Below, in pieces: positions 1 through 8,660 of a stretch of 32,000 nt of DNA (within the stretch, counting starts at the first letter, position 1; the number at the start of each line of letters is the position of its first letter). Location of the stretch: assembly GCF_009557235.1 (NCBI RefSeq), contig NZ_CP045650.1, forward strand, positions 2,520,001 to 2,552,000, written 5' to 3'. Under the pieces are notes generated by a model. It did no database searches and was not told the origin of the DNA. It was given only the letters and a program-made list of their open reading frames with translations. Both the position numbers and the translations under genes were made by a program. The stretch comes from Acinetobacter wanghuae. GTDB lineage: Bacteria > Pseudomonadota > Gammaproteobacteria > Pseudomonadales > Moraxellaceae.

Positions 1-6
1 CCACAG

Positions 7-426
7 ATGATTATGGCGTTTGACTTTGGTACACAAAAAACCGGAATGGCAGTTGGACAATCACTGATTGAAAGTGCCAATCCACTGGCTTTATTTCCGA
101 TGAAAGATGGCATTCCAAATTGGGATGAGTTGCTAAAGATTGTAAAGCAATATCAACCGACACTATTTTTGGTCGGTTTACCGCTCAATATGGATGACAC
201 AGAATCCGAGCTGTCGACACGCGCACGTAAATTTGCCCGTCGTTTACGCCATCAAACCAATATTGAAACCTTGATGGTCGATGAACGTCTGACGACTCGT
301 GAAGCGCGTCATGAATTGGATCATTATCAAGCGCAAGGACGCGGTAAAAAAATCTCTGCCGATAGTATTGCCGCAGCGTTATTTATTGAAAGTTGGTATC
401 GTAATCCCCAAGGTGTAAAACCTTAA
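7..426 (+). CDS. ruvX: YqgF/RuvX-type putative pre-16S rRNA nuclease (Holliday junction resolvase-like); may start upstream of the window
   Basis: 139-aa ORF. AFDFGTQKTGMAVGQ and LVGLPLNMDDTESE match the E. coli YqgF motifs (AFDFGTKSIGVAVGQ, VGLPLNMDGTEQ). The frame stays open back to base 1. It is followed by an intrinsic terminator. Confidence 0.9.
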   Translation: MIMAFDFGTQKTGMAVGQSLIESANPLALFPMKDGIPNWDELLKIVKQYQPTLFLVGLPLNMDDTESELSTRARKFARRLRHQTNIETLMVDERLTTREARHELDHYQAQGRGKKISADSIAAALFIESWYRNPQGVKP

Positions 427-430
427 AGTA

Positions 431-457
431 AAAAAGCATCCTAATGGATGCTTTTTT
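431..457. terminator. Bidirectional rho-independent terminator between convergent ruvX and the HlyD-family gene
   Basis: AAAAA-GCATCC-taat-GGATGC-TTTTTT. Perfect 6-bp stem, with an A-run on one side and a T-run on the other. Confidence 0.8.
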
Positions 458-469
458 ATTGCCAACTGA

Positions 470-1474
470 TTATTTCTTTTCTTCAATATGAATGGTTGCC
501 GTACGCCCTGCAACAAATGCCAATTCATTTTTTGGCACTTCATCCAAGACAATTTTTACAGGCACACGTTGGGCTAAACGTACCCAACTAAAGGTCGGGT
601 TCACATTAGCAAGTAAACCAGAGGTCGTAGTCCGTTCACGGTCTTCAATCCCTGAGGCAATCCCTTGTACATGACCCTTGAATGTCTTTGAATCTCCCAT
701 CAATTGAATAGTCGCAGGTGCACCAATATAAATTTTATTCAACTTGGTTTCTTCAAAATAACCCACCACATAAAGTTGCTGACGATCGAGCAAGGCGGCA
801 ACCGCTTGACCGACTTTGACATAATTACCAGCGCGTAACTCAAAGTTAGACAATGTACCATCGGCAGGTGCGACCACTTCGGAGCGATTCATATTTAAAC
901 GTGCCAAATTCACCTGACTTTGTGCCACTTCAATTAAAGCTTTTTGCTGCACAATATTGGCTTTGGCTTTTTCAATCGCTGCTGCCATTTGATCATGTTC
1001 TGCAGAAGATTGATCACGCTGTGCCAACATTTGATCTTGTTCTTGTTTTGAAATTGCACCATCCATCAAACTTGCATAACGATTGGCATTTTTCTCTGCC
1101 AAGTTTAAAGTGGATTGAGAGCGCTCAAAATCTGCTTTGCTTTGCATCAACACCGCTTCAGCTTGAGCTAAGCCTGCTTTGGCTTTGGCTAAATCGGATT
1201 TGGCTTCTTCAACATCAAGGCTTTGACGTGCTACATCAATTTTAAATAACGGCTGCCCTTTCTTCACGGTCTGGTTGTCATGTACCAACACATCGGTCAC
1301 CAGACCCGAGACATCTGAAGAAACTTGAATCACATCACCACGTACACGACCATCACGTGTCCACGGTTCAGCATTATAGTAATTCCAAAGATGTCGAATC
1401 ACGATAATCGCGATTACTGCAACCAACACCAACAAGATTGGACGGACATATTTTTTTAAATCGACAGCTGTCAT
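470..1474 (-). CDS. HlyD-family efflux membrane-fusion protein, AaeA-like
   Basis: Motifs shared with E. coli AaeA: PWTRDGRV, DVSGLVTDVLVHDNQTVKKGQPLF, and WVRLAQRVPVKI near the C-terminus. I prefer the ATG at 1474 (MTAVDLKK) because GAGGAAAG lies 6 nt upstream. The ORF track extends to a TTG at 1489. Confidence 0.88.
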   Translation of the reverse strand: MTAVDLKKYVRPILLVLVAVIAIIVIRHLWNYYNAEPWTRDGRVRGDVIQVSSDVSGLVTDVLVHDNQTVKKGQPLFKIDVARQSLDVEEAKSDLAKAKAGLAQAEAVLMQSKADFERSQSTLNLAEKNANRYASLMDGAISKQEQDQMLAQRDQSSAEHDQMAAAIEKAKANIVQQKALIEVAQSQVNLARLNMNRSEVVAPADGTLSNFELRAGNYVKVGQAVAALLDRQQLYVVGYFEETKLNKIYIGAPATIQLMGDSKTFKGHVQGIASGIEDRERTTTSGLLANVNPTFSWVRLAQRVPVKIVLDEVPKNELAFVAGRTATIHIEEKK

Positions 1475-1512
1475 GTTTACTTTCCTCAATATTTACAGAT
1501 GTGCAGGTTCAT

Positions 1513-1707
1513 TTAAAGAAATGCCCAATGCACGCCGCCCAAAATCACGATATATACAGATAAATAGAAGATGCCCGGCATCGCAATCCAATCTTGATCC
1601 ACCCAGCGATCAATGACTTTCATCAAGAGATGCAAAATGCCATAAGCAATCAGCGCCTGAATCAGCAAAATTGGCACATAAATGCCATAAATATTTAGTT
1701 CGCCCAA
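1513..1707 (-). CDS. DUF1656/AaeX-like small inner-membrane protein
   Basis: 64-aa ORF with two hydrophobic helices, sandwiched between the FUSC and HlyD genes as in aaeX/fusD-type operons. TTG start with GAGG 8 nt upstream. It overlaps the FUSC stop by 13 nt. Confidence 0.7.
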   Translation of the reverse strand: MGELNIYGIYVPILLIQALIAYGILHLLMKVIDRWVDQDWIAMPGIFYLSVYIVILGGVHWAFL

Positions 1708-3782
1708 GATGTTGCCTCATGCTTTGCCAAGGTTTGTACCATTTGCACATGACACAAACTGCTTCCGATATTATTTAAAGAGATACTGAGTCGCTGTATC
1801 AGCTCTGACGTTTGCATGTCGATTATGTGATCTTGTATATCTTGTAAATGCTGCACCACATCTTTTTGCATGTGCTCAATGACCAATGCTTGAGATTTAC
1901 CTTCAAATAAAGTGGCGAGCTTGCCTTGTAAAGCGGCAATCGACTCTTGAAGCACGGCATCATCAATTTTTTCTGAAATTTCTTGCAAACGTGCCAAATC
2001 GACCACTGCACTGCTTTCAATTAATGCCAAATCAATGTGTTTTTTAACCTGTTCCGATTGAACAACTTTGGTGTTGAGAATGCCGATTCGATCCAACATG
2101 CCGCGTAAATGAATGCGTAATTGCAAACCATATGGAATCGAAAGCGCTTGGCTTAAAGACTTATAGTGCAAAGCTAAAATGCGTTTTGCCGTGATGTCGG
2201 GTGACATCGCACGCACCAAATGGATGATATAGACCGCTAAAATCGGTCCCATAATCGTCGCGATTGTCACATCGAAGAAAAAGACCTGATCTAAGACATA
2301 ACGGTTTTGAAAGTTCAAACCCATCACCACACCCATCAATAATGGCAATGCCAAGCCGGTTAAAGGCGGATGAGGGAATAACAACAAGCAATAAATAATG
2401 AACGGTGCGAGTACAACCACCAACTGCCAAAAGGCAGTCACATGTGGAAAGATCCCAAAGGCATAGATAAACACCACAAATGCGGCATATATATTGCCGC
2501 GAATAAACATTTTTAATGCAGGAACAGGGTTATCCATTGCAGTTAAAATACAAGCACTAATGGCTGCCATTTCGGCAAACATAAAGCCAGCTTTCCAACC
2601 ACTGAGAATCCATAAACCCGATGAAATAAATACCACCAAACATGCAGAAATCCCACCACGCAATGCCACACCATGGTCACGATGTAAATTAGGATAAGAC
2701 GTCGTAATGGGCGTGACACTTTCAGGAAGACTTGAATCCCCGTGTTGAATCCGTTGCCAAATGACTCGAATCGCGCGGATATTTTGAATGAAATGACGAA
2801 TGTCCATTTTTAGGCTTGCCAAAATAACCTGCTGCGCGGGCATTGCCTGCTTTGACATTAGTTCAAATGTGGCATAAAAATGTGTCGGTAAAGCGTTGAG
2901 TCGTTGTTCATCAATTTGTTGTTCTTGTTCTAGAAAAGCTGAGATTTCGCTATACAAGTGTTGCAAGGTATTGCGATAAGTCACATCAATTTGATCGAGC
3001 TGTTTCATCCGTTCGGACATCGCCACTAAATTTGAAATCAACAGACTGATTTGATTCAGCATTTCTTGTAAAGGTTTGGTCATCCCCTGCAAGGTTGATT
3101 TTTCATAATTCAGATGAATCGCCATAACATGAATGTCGGCAATATCTCGGGTTAAATGACTTAAAACCTGACTGTAATTAGATTTTTCATCACGTTCGAT
3201 CAAGATTTGATTAAAAATCTGTTGCGTATCTTTTAGCGTTTTCCCAACACGTGCCGCCACAGCGGGACCAATATGCATCGGGAAAATTGTGGCAGTGACA
3301 ATCGCACTGCAAATTACCCCAATTGAGATTTCGAGTACCCGCCCGACCGCCATATCAAACAATGATGCTGTGTCGATGTTATAGACAATATTAAAACTGA
3401 TAATAACGGTGGTATATCCTGCCAGCATAAACACATAACTACGCGGAGTGCGATCGAGCAAGGAAATATATAAACAAAATCCGACACCCGTAGCTAAAAC
3501 AGCACTAAAAATCCAAGGCGTATTAATAAATATAGGGGTAACAATAATAGAAACGACCGCGCCCAACAGCGTACCCAAAACACGATAGACACTTTTTGAG
3601 GTCACCATACCCGCATAAGGATTGGCAATCACAAAGACCGTACCGATTGCCCAAATGGGATAGGCCAAATTCAAAATAAAGGCGATATACAATGCCAAAA
3701 TGCCGGCAATAAAAGTCTTTATCGCAAAAATCCAGTCCATTTTATTTGGACGAAATGCGAGTAAAGGTTTGATCAGCAACAT
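1695..3782 (-). CDS. FUSC-family (AaeB/fusaric-acid-resistance-like) efflux transporter, inner-membrane subunit
   Basis: 695-aa ORF with an N-terminal and a central block of multiple hydrophobic helices, separated by a long helical cytoplasmic region. This is the typical AaeB/FusC architecture. It sits in an operon with DUF1656 and HlyD genes. Confidence 0.85.
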   Translation of the reverse strand: MLLIKPLLAFRPNKMDWIFAIKTFIAGILALYIAFILNLAYPIWAIGTVFVIANPYAGMVTSKSVYRVLGTLLGAVVSIIVTPIFINTPWIFSAVLATGVGFCLYISLLDRTPRSYVFMLAGYTTVIISFNIVYNIDTASLFDMAVGRVLEISIGVICSAIVTATIFPMHIGPAVAARVGKTLKDTQQIFNQILIERDEKSNYSQVLSHLTRDIADIHVMAIHLNYEKSTLQGMTKPLQEMLNQISLLISNLVAMSERMKQLDQIDVTYRNTLQHLYSEISAFLEQEQQIDEQRLNALPTHFYATFELMSKQAMPAQQVILASLKMDIRHFIQNIRAIRVIWQRIQHGDSSLPESVTPITTSYPNLHRDHGVALRGGISACLVVFISSGLWILSGWKAGFMFAEMAAISACILTAMDNPVPALKMFIRGNIYAAFVVFIYAFGIFPHVTAFWQLVVVLAPFIIYCLLLFPHPPLTGLALPLLMGVVMGLNFQNRYVLDQVFFFDVTIATIMGPILAVYIIHLVRAMSPDITAKRILALHYKSLSQALSIPYGLQLRIHLRGMLDRIGILNTKVVQSEQVKKHIDLALIESSAVVDLARLQEISEKIDDAVLQESIAALQGKLATLFEGKSQALVIEHMQKDVVQHLQDIQDHIIDMQTSELIQRLSISLNNIGSSLCHVQMVQTLAKHEATSWAN

Positions 3783-3910
3783 ATAGCGACTCTATTTGGT
3801 ATGCAAAAGTACAGATTTCAGGATCAGCGCTACACACCATTTCAAACATTGAAATGATGCAAACGAGGAATACTCAACCGAATAAAAGCTGTGAAAATCT
3901 ACGATATTGG

Positions 3911-3935
3911 GAACAGAAAGTTCTGAGTTTCAGAA
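3911..3935. promoter_or_regulatory. Overlapping inverted repeats (candidate operator) upstream of the FUSC efflux operon
   Basis: GAAC-agaaa-GTTC (3911-3923) overlaps the perfect 6-3-6 palindrome TTCTGA-gtt-TCAGAA (3921-3935). They lie about 130-150 bp upstream of the FUSC start codon. A near-palindrome TGAATgATTAATtATTCA follows at 3945-3962. Confidence 0.3.
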
Positions 3936-4109
3936 TAATTAAAATGAATGATTAATTATTCATCATTAGATATTTTGATTGTGGATTTTTTCAAAAATAA
4001 GCATATTTGTCAAATAAAATATCCAATCGTGAGAATATACTAAATATTTGATCGCGTTTTTCACTATTTATCTGTGCTTTTTTTAATTCATGTAGCAATA
4101 CTTAAATTG

Positions 4110-4139
4110 CAAATATTTGAAATAGATTGATTAAATCAA
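4110..4139. promoter_or_regulatory. AT-rich palindromes (candidate IclR-type operator) upstream of the IclR gene
   Basis: Perfect 10-bp palindrome CAAATATTTG (4110-4119) and perfect 6-1-6 palindrome TTGATT-a-AATCAA (4127-4139). Related copies: TAAATATTTGA at 4041-4051 and TATTTGTCAAATA at 4004-4016. GATTAAATC recurs at 4201-4209. Confidence 0.25.
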
Positions 4140-4225
4140 ATGTCTAATGCCAATGACTGGCTTTTTTTGTTATAAAGTTAGTCTTGATTTCAGATTCAAT
4201 GATTAAATCCGGCAGGTTTTGAGTT

Positions 4226-5005
4226 ATGGCACTTTCCAGTTTTGGCAAAATTTTGACGGTTCTCGATCTGTTTTCAGTCTCACGTCCGGTCATTAATGTC
4301 GATATCATCAGTGATGAACTTGGTCTGTCCAAACCTACTAGCTATCGCTATTTAAAAGAACTCGTCTCTAGCGAATTATTACAACGTTTAAGCGGTACAT
4401 CGGGAGACTACACCTTAGGTTCAAAAATTGCCGTTTTGGATTTTATTTCACGAACCACAGATCCTTTGGTGCAAATCAGTATTCCGTTCATGCAAGACAT
4501 GATGCATCGGACTGAGTTTTCTTGTTTACTCACCCATTTAAACTACGATTCCTGCATTGATATTCATAGCGAAGTATTCAAAAACACACTGTTTTTATCT
4601 TATGGTCGTGGTTGCCCGCGTCCAGTGTATATCGGTTCATCTGCCAAAATTATGCTGGCGTATTTACCCAAACAGGCTCAGCTTGATTATTATCAGCGTT
4701 ATCAAACACAATTGACTGAAGTGGGTTTTTCGACAAGTGAAACTGACTTTTTAGATCAGATGAAAAAAATTAAAAAACAAGGTTATTATTTTTCGAATGG
4801 TGAGCTTGATCCCAATATTGCCGGTGTTTCAGTCCCGATCAAATTCTCAAGTAAAGAGCCGCCTTTGGCACTGACCTTCATTGCCTCAAAAAACCGTTTT
4901 GAGTTTGTCAATTTAGCCAAGCTCATTGATATCTTAAAAGAAAATGCACATTTAATTGAACAAAAGTTTGCTGCATTAAGTGTAGAGAATAACTCAAGCA
5001 TTTAA
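4226..5005 (+). CDS. IclR-family transcriptional regulator
   Basis: 259-aa ORF. It has an N-terminal winged-HTH pattern (ILTVLDLFS...ISDELGLSKPTSYRYLKELV) followed by an IclR-type effector domain of the expected length. Confidence 0.85.
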   Translation: MALSSFGKILTVLDLFSVSRPVINVDIISDELGLSKPTSYRYLKELVSSELLQRLSGTSGDYTLGSKIAVLDFISRTTDPLVQISIPFMQDMMHRTEFSCLLTHLNYDSCIDIHSEVFKNTLFLSYGRGCPRPVYIGSSAKIMLAYLPKQAQLDYYQRYQTQLTEVGFSTSETDFLDQMKKIKKQGYYFSNGELDPNIAGVSVPIKFSSKEPPLALTFIASKNRFEFVNLAKLIDILKENAHLIEQKFAALSVENNSSI

Positions 5006-5015
5006 GCAACGTAGA

Positions 5016-5642
5016 TTAAGCTGAAGCGTAAAAATTCCGAAAAGTCAGATTAATTCGTGGCGTTAAAATTTTGCTGGATTTACTGATTTGATGCTTCCAA
5101 TGCTGTTGTGTTTCACCGCGCATCACAATCAGTTGACCACTCTGTAAAAGCAAATCGACTTTGTGATGTTCAGTTTTATGCTTAAAACTCATTTTACGGG
5201 TTGCACCTAAACTTAAAGAAGCAATCACACTGGTTTTGCTATTACCTTGATATAAAGCGGCTTCATCATCACTATGCCAACCTAAACCCTGTGTGCCATT
5301 TTCATACAAGTTGGCTAGACACGAATTAAAATGTGCTCTGACTCGCTGTTCAATATGTTGTTTCAAGCGAAATAAGGCAGGTTGCCAAGGATGTGCATGC
5401 TTAATGCTTCCTGAATAGCGGTATTGAAAATGTTTATCACCGTACCAAACCACTTTGCGATCCATGACGTGATGTTTGCCAAATAAATACACATCGTCAT
5501 TCTGCCATGCCAAATGTGTTAAAAAATAATTGAGATATTTTTGGCTGTCTTGCTCATTGAGAATGAGACCTAGATTTTCAACAACGCCATCATTTGGCAA
5601 AAGATTGCTTTCTAGCTCGGGTGCAAATAAATCTAAACTCAT
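5016..5642 (-). CDS. AlkB-family Fe(II)/2-oxoglutarate-dependent dioxygenase (DNA/RNA alkylation repair type)
   Basis: 208-aa ORF with an HxD...H metal triad context (GWHSDDE, HWKHQI) and the 2OG-binding RINLTFR motif. Confidence 0.85.
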   Translation of the reverse strand: MSLDLFAPELESNLLPNDGVVENLGLILNEQDSQKYLNYFLTHLAWQNDDVYLFGKHHVMDRKVVWYGDKHFQYRYSGSIKHAHPWQPALFRLKQHIEQRVRAHFNSCLANLYENGTQGLGWHSDDEAALYQGNSKTSVIASLSLGATRKMSFKHKTEHHKVDLLLQSGQLIVMRGETQQHWKHQISKSSKILTPRINLTFRNFYASA

Positions 5643-5797
5643 AACAACTTCCCTCGCGATTTGGCTTTACTATACTGCCATTGAGTGCCGCGATCTCACA
5701 ATCAGATATTCACAATATGACTACAAGATTTATACTTGAGCAATGTGCGATTGAGGCATAGACTGAATTTAACTTTTACAATAAAAATTAACTGCTT

Positions 5798-7600
5798 ATG
5801 GACTTATGGCAACTCTTTCAAAAGCTGCGACCTTTTGTTAGACCCTATCGTGTCTTGGTGATCGCCACTTTAATTCTGACTTTAATTGGTTCTTTCACTG
5901 CCCAAGTCAACGCTATTACTTTGCAATATGCGGTCGACAGCATTAGTAAATTACTTGAATCAGGTCAAGGACTTGAGCAAGGTTGGCATATCCTGATTAC
6001 GATTTCGATCATTTTACTAAGTAAAGAAATCATTAATGCATTTGTTCAGTTTGGGCAAAAATTTTATGGCGAAAAGCTGCGCATTTTTGTCTCTCAAGAT
6101 TTAGCCCAAAGCATTATCGAGAAATTTCTGAAATATCGGTTGGCTTTTTTTAACGAAGACAATAACCAAGCAGGCAAATTACAAACCCGTATTGACCGCG
6201 GTATTGGCTCACTCACACGTTTAGTTCAAATCTTTTTTATTGATATTTTACCGTTATTTACCAGTGCTTTTGTTGCATTGGGTCTCATGTACTATGCCAA
6301 TGTCTATGTCGGTATGGTTGCAACTGCCATTGTGCCGATTTATTTCTGGCTGACCTTTAAACAAGCCAATAAACTGGGCGGATGGCGCCGTGGTTTACGT
6401 GATGGCCGTGAAAAAAAGAGTCAGGGAATTTTAAGTATTATCAATTCTATTACGGTCATTAAATCTTTTAACCGTGAATCGATTGAGGCTGAAAAACAGC
6501 TTGGATTACAACGTGAACTGACTGATAACCAAATGAAAACCCGTCAGATCAGTTTTGTATTTGATGGGGTAAAAACCTTTATTGAACAAATCGGTATTGT
6601 CTTAATCATTATTTTAACGGCTTATTTCGTGCTCGATGGACAAATGAGTATCGGCATGATCATGTATCACGTTTTATTATTTAACAACGTGTCTGCCCCA
6701 ATTCGTTCATTGCATCGTATTTATGATGAAGTCAATGACGCGATGATTTACTCAGAAAGCTTCTTTAAAATTTTAGAAGCCGATGACGAGATTGAACAAA
6801 GCGGACAGCAAAAGCCTATTGTTCAAGGTAAATTCCAATTAAGTGGTGTCAATTTCTACTATCCAAATGGACACCATGCGCTGAAAAATATTGAGATGGA
6901 GATTCGCCCCAATAAGATTACCGCTTTGGTGGGCTTATCGGGTGCAGGTAAATCCACCTTAATCAGTCTATTGGATAAATTTTACGAACCCCAAGCCGGT
7001 CAAATCAAACTTGATGGCATCGATTTGCAAGATTATGACACCCAATATTTGCGTGATCATATTGGGCTGGTTCTGCAAAAAAATCATATTTTCCAAGGGA
7101 CTGTTTTCGACAATATTCGTTATGGCAAAACCACTGCGTCGATGGAAGATGTGATTGAAGCAGCAAGAAAAGCCTCTATTCATGAGCAAATTTTGCAACT
7201 GCCCGATCAATATGATGCGGATGCGCTGCAACTTTCAGGTGGGCAGCAACAACGTATTGCTTTGGCGCGAATGTTCCTGAAAAATCCACCGATTATTTTC
7301 TTGGACGAGCCAACGGCAAGTTTAGATGCGATTGCAAGTGAGCAAATCAAACAAAGCTTGGATCAAATTAAACAAGGTCGTACGGTCATTATGATTTCGC
7401 ATAGTCTGTCACAAATCATTGATGCAGATTATACCTATGTCATGAAAGAGGGTGCGATTGTTGAGCATGGTGAACATGATGCCTTATATCACCAAGACGG
7501 TGTTTATAAAGAAATTTTTGATGCGATGGCAAAGAGCCTGAACATTGAAAAGATTGCCAAAACCTTTGAAGATGATGCGGAGGAAGAAACGCATAGTTAA
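5798..7600 (+). CDS. ABC transporter, fused permease/ATP-binding exporter (MsbA/MdlB type)
   Basis: 600-aa ORF with an N-terminal 6-helix TMD. Walker A GLSGAGKST, signature LSGGQQQR, Walker B IIFLDEPT, H-loop ISHS. Confidence 0.9.
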   Translation: MDLWQLFQKLRPFVRPYRVLVIATLILTLIGSFTAQVNAITLQYAVDSISKLLESGQGLEQGWHILITISIILLSKEIINAFVQFGQKFYGEKLRIFVSQDLAQSIIEKFLKYRLAFFNEDNNQAGKLQTRIDRGIGSLTRLVQIFFIDILPLFTSAFVALGLMYYANVYVGMVATAIVPIYFWLTFKQANKLGGWRRGLRDGREKKSQGILSIINSITVIKSFNRESIEAEKQLGLQRELTDNQMKTRQISFVFDGVKTFIEQIGIVLIIILTAYFVLDGQMSIGMIMYHVLLFNNVSAPIRSLHRIYDEVNDAMIYSESFFKILEADDEIEQSGQQKPIVQGKFQLSGVNFYYPNGHHALKNIEMEIRPNKITALVGLSGAGKSTLISLLDKFYEPQAGQIKLDGIDLQDYDTQYLRDHIGLVLQKNHIFQGTVFDNIRYGKTTASMEDVIEAARKASIHEQILQLPDQYDADALQLSGGQQQRIALARMFLKNPPIIFLDEPTASLDAIASEQIKQSLDQIKQGRTVIMISHSLSQIIDADYTYVMKEGAIVEHGEHDALYHQDGVYKEIFDAMAKSLNIEKIAKTFEDDAEEETHS

Positions 7601-7648
7601 GTTTTGTATAAACTAAAAAGATAAATCACGCCTGAAATTGGATTCACG

Positions 7649-7689
7649 GGTGGTCATTCACTGCTGTCCGAGGCAGACCACCATTTTTT
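7649..7689 (+). terminator. Rho-independent terminator after the ABC exporter gene
   Basis: GGTGGTC ... GACCACC stem with an inner CTGC/GCAG extension, followed by a TTTTTT run at 7684-7689. Confidence 0.7.
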
Positions 7690-7850
7690 AATATTGTATC
7701 TGCGATGTAATGAATAACTGAGCTTTAGATGACGAGTTCAGTGAATGACAAATGCCTTTGCTTACTTTGTGCAAAAACAAAGTAAGTGATGAGCTCCGAG
7801 TCTTTTATGAATAATGACAAGACTCCGCCGAGCAAAAACCATTGATCAAA

Positions 7851-8570
7851 TTAACGCTGAACTTTCTGTTCAATCTCTTCAATTCGGGTATGCCGTGCGT
7901 CAAAACCTTTGACCATATAAATCACCTGTTCTGAGATATTCCGTGCATGATCACCGACACGTTCCAAAGAACGTAGCACCCAAAGCACATTAATCACGCG
8001 TGTGATCTGCCTCGGATCTTCCATCATATACGTCATTAAGGTTCGCGTAGCAGACTGATACTCTCGATCAATATCGGCATCGGCATGTAAAACACGTAAA
8101 GCTTGCTCTGCATCCAAACGTGCAAATGCATCTAAAGCATCGTGAATCATGATACGGACTTGATTGCCAATATGACGCGTTTCCATATAACCGCGTGGCG
8201 AGCCGCCTTCTTCCGATAAACTTTGGGCGATACGCGCAATTTTTGCTGCTTCATCGCCAATGCGTTCTAAATCGGTATTGGCTTTAGACATCGCAATGAC
8301 CATACGCAAATCAATCGCGGCAGGATGGCGACGTGCCAAAATCAACGTCAATGCTTCATCAATCTCACGCTCTAATTGATTAACTGCATTGTCTTTGAAC
8401 TGGACATCGACTGACATGGTCGCATCCATTTCCAACAAAGCGTGAATTGCATTCGCGACTTGCTGCTCGACCAAACCGCCCATACTCATAAATTTGGTGT
8501 TCACATCCTGTAATTCTTCGTTAAATTGCGAAGAAATATGATGCGTCAAAACAGGGTTATTTGGACACAC
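7851..8570 (-). CDS. phoU: Phosphate signalling complex protein PhoU
   Basis: 239-aa ORF colinear with E. coli PhoU (HISSQFNEEL vs HISGQFNAEL; ERIGDEAAKIA and ERVGDHARNI repeats; LMTYMMEDPR). GTG start with GGAG 9 nt upstream. Confidence 0.92.
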   Translation of the reverse strand: MCPNNPVLTHHISSQFNEELQDVNTKFMSMGGLVEQQVANAIHALLEMDATMSVDVQFKDNAVNQLEREIDEALTLILARRHPAAIDLRMVIAMSKANTDLERIGDEAAKIARIAQSLSEEGGSPRGYMETRHIGNQVRIMIHDALDAFARLDAEQALRVLHADADIDREYQSATRTLMTYMMEDPRQITRVINVLWVLRSLERVGDHARNISEQVIYMVKGFDARHTRIEEIEQKVQR

Positions 8571-8632
8571 GATTATCTACTCCAGATCAATGCTTTATTA
8601 TTCAAAATTTTGATGATTAAAACATGTCGATC

Positions 8633-8650
8633 ATGAATATTTGATGACAG
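8633..8650 (-). promoter_or_regulatory. Pho-box-like element upstream of phoU (tentative)
   Basis: The minus strand reads CTGTCAT-CAAA-TATTCAT. The first 7-mer matches the PhoB half-site CTGTCAT exactly and the second matches 4/7. TTTAAT lies about 11 nt downstream as a possible -10. The site is 63-80 nt upstream of the phoU start. Confidence 0.3.
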
Positions 8651-8660
8651 CGTATTTAAC

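Noticed and set aside
853-1245. 130-aa plus-strand ORF antisense to the HlyD gene. Similar antisense or overlapping ORFs occur at 16612-17061, 18922-19248, 21227-21574, 24288-24644 and 31538-31915.
   Set aside because: All lie entirely within strongly supported genes on the opposite strand or in another frame. They have no RBS or recognisable motifs, and their compositions are low-complexity or Leu/Ser/Arg-biased, as is typical of shadow ORFs.
5689-5702. A 14-nt match, ATTGTGAGATCGCG, shared (reverse-complemented) with 22118-22131 in another intergenic region
   Set aside because: A rough expectation for 14-mer matches within 32 kb on both strands is a few by chance. The flanks do not extend the similarity. 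At 22118-22131 the sequence is simply part of the dsbC terminator stem.
4226-7600. The IclR regulator, AlkB dioxygenase and ABC exporter as a functional island or horizontally acquired cassette
   Set aside because: The orientations are convergent then divergent, so they do not form one operon. No mobility genes or repeats flank them. I cannot demonstrate a composition shift by eye. The only oddity is the 10-bp gap between the convergent IclR and alkB stops (5006-5015) without a terminator.
7729-7785. An 18-codon Cys-rich ORF (MTSSVNDKCLCLLCAKTK) in the ABC/phoU spacer. Other mini-ORFs occur at 13001-13075 and 13073-13099 upstream of dksA.
   Set aside because: There is no Shine-Dalgarno at a suitable distance and no supporting conservation information. 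ORFs of this length arise by chance in AT-rich spacers.
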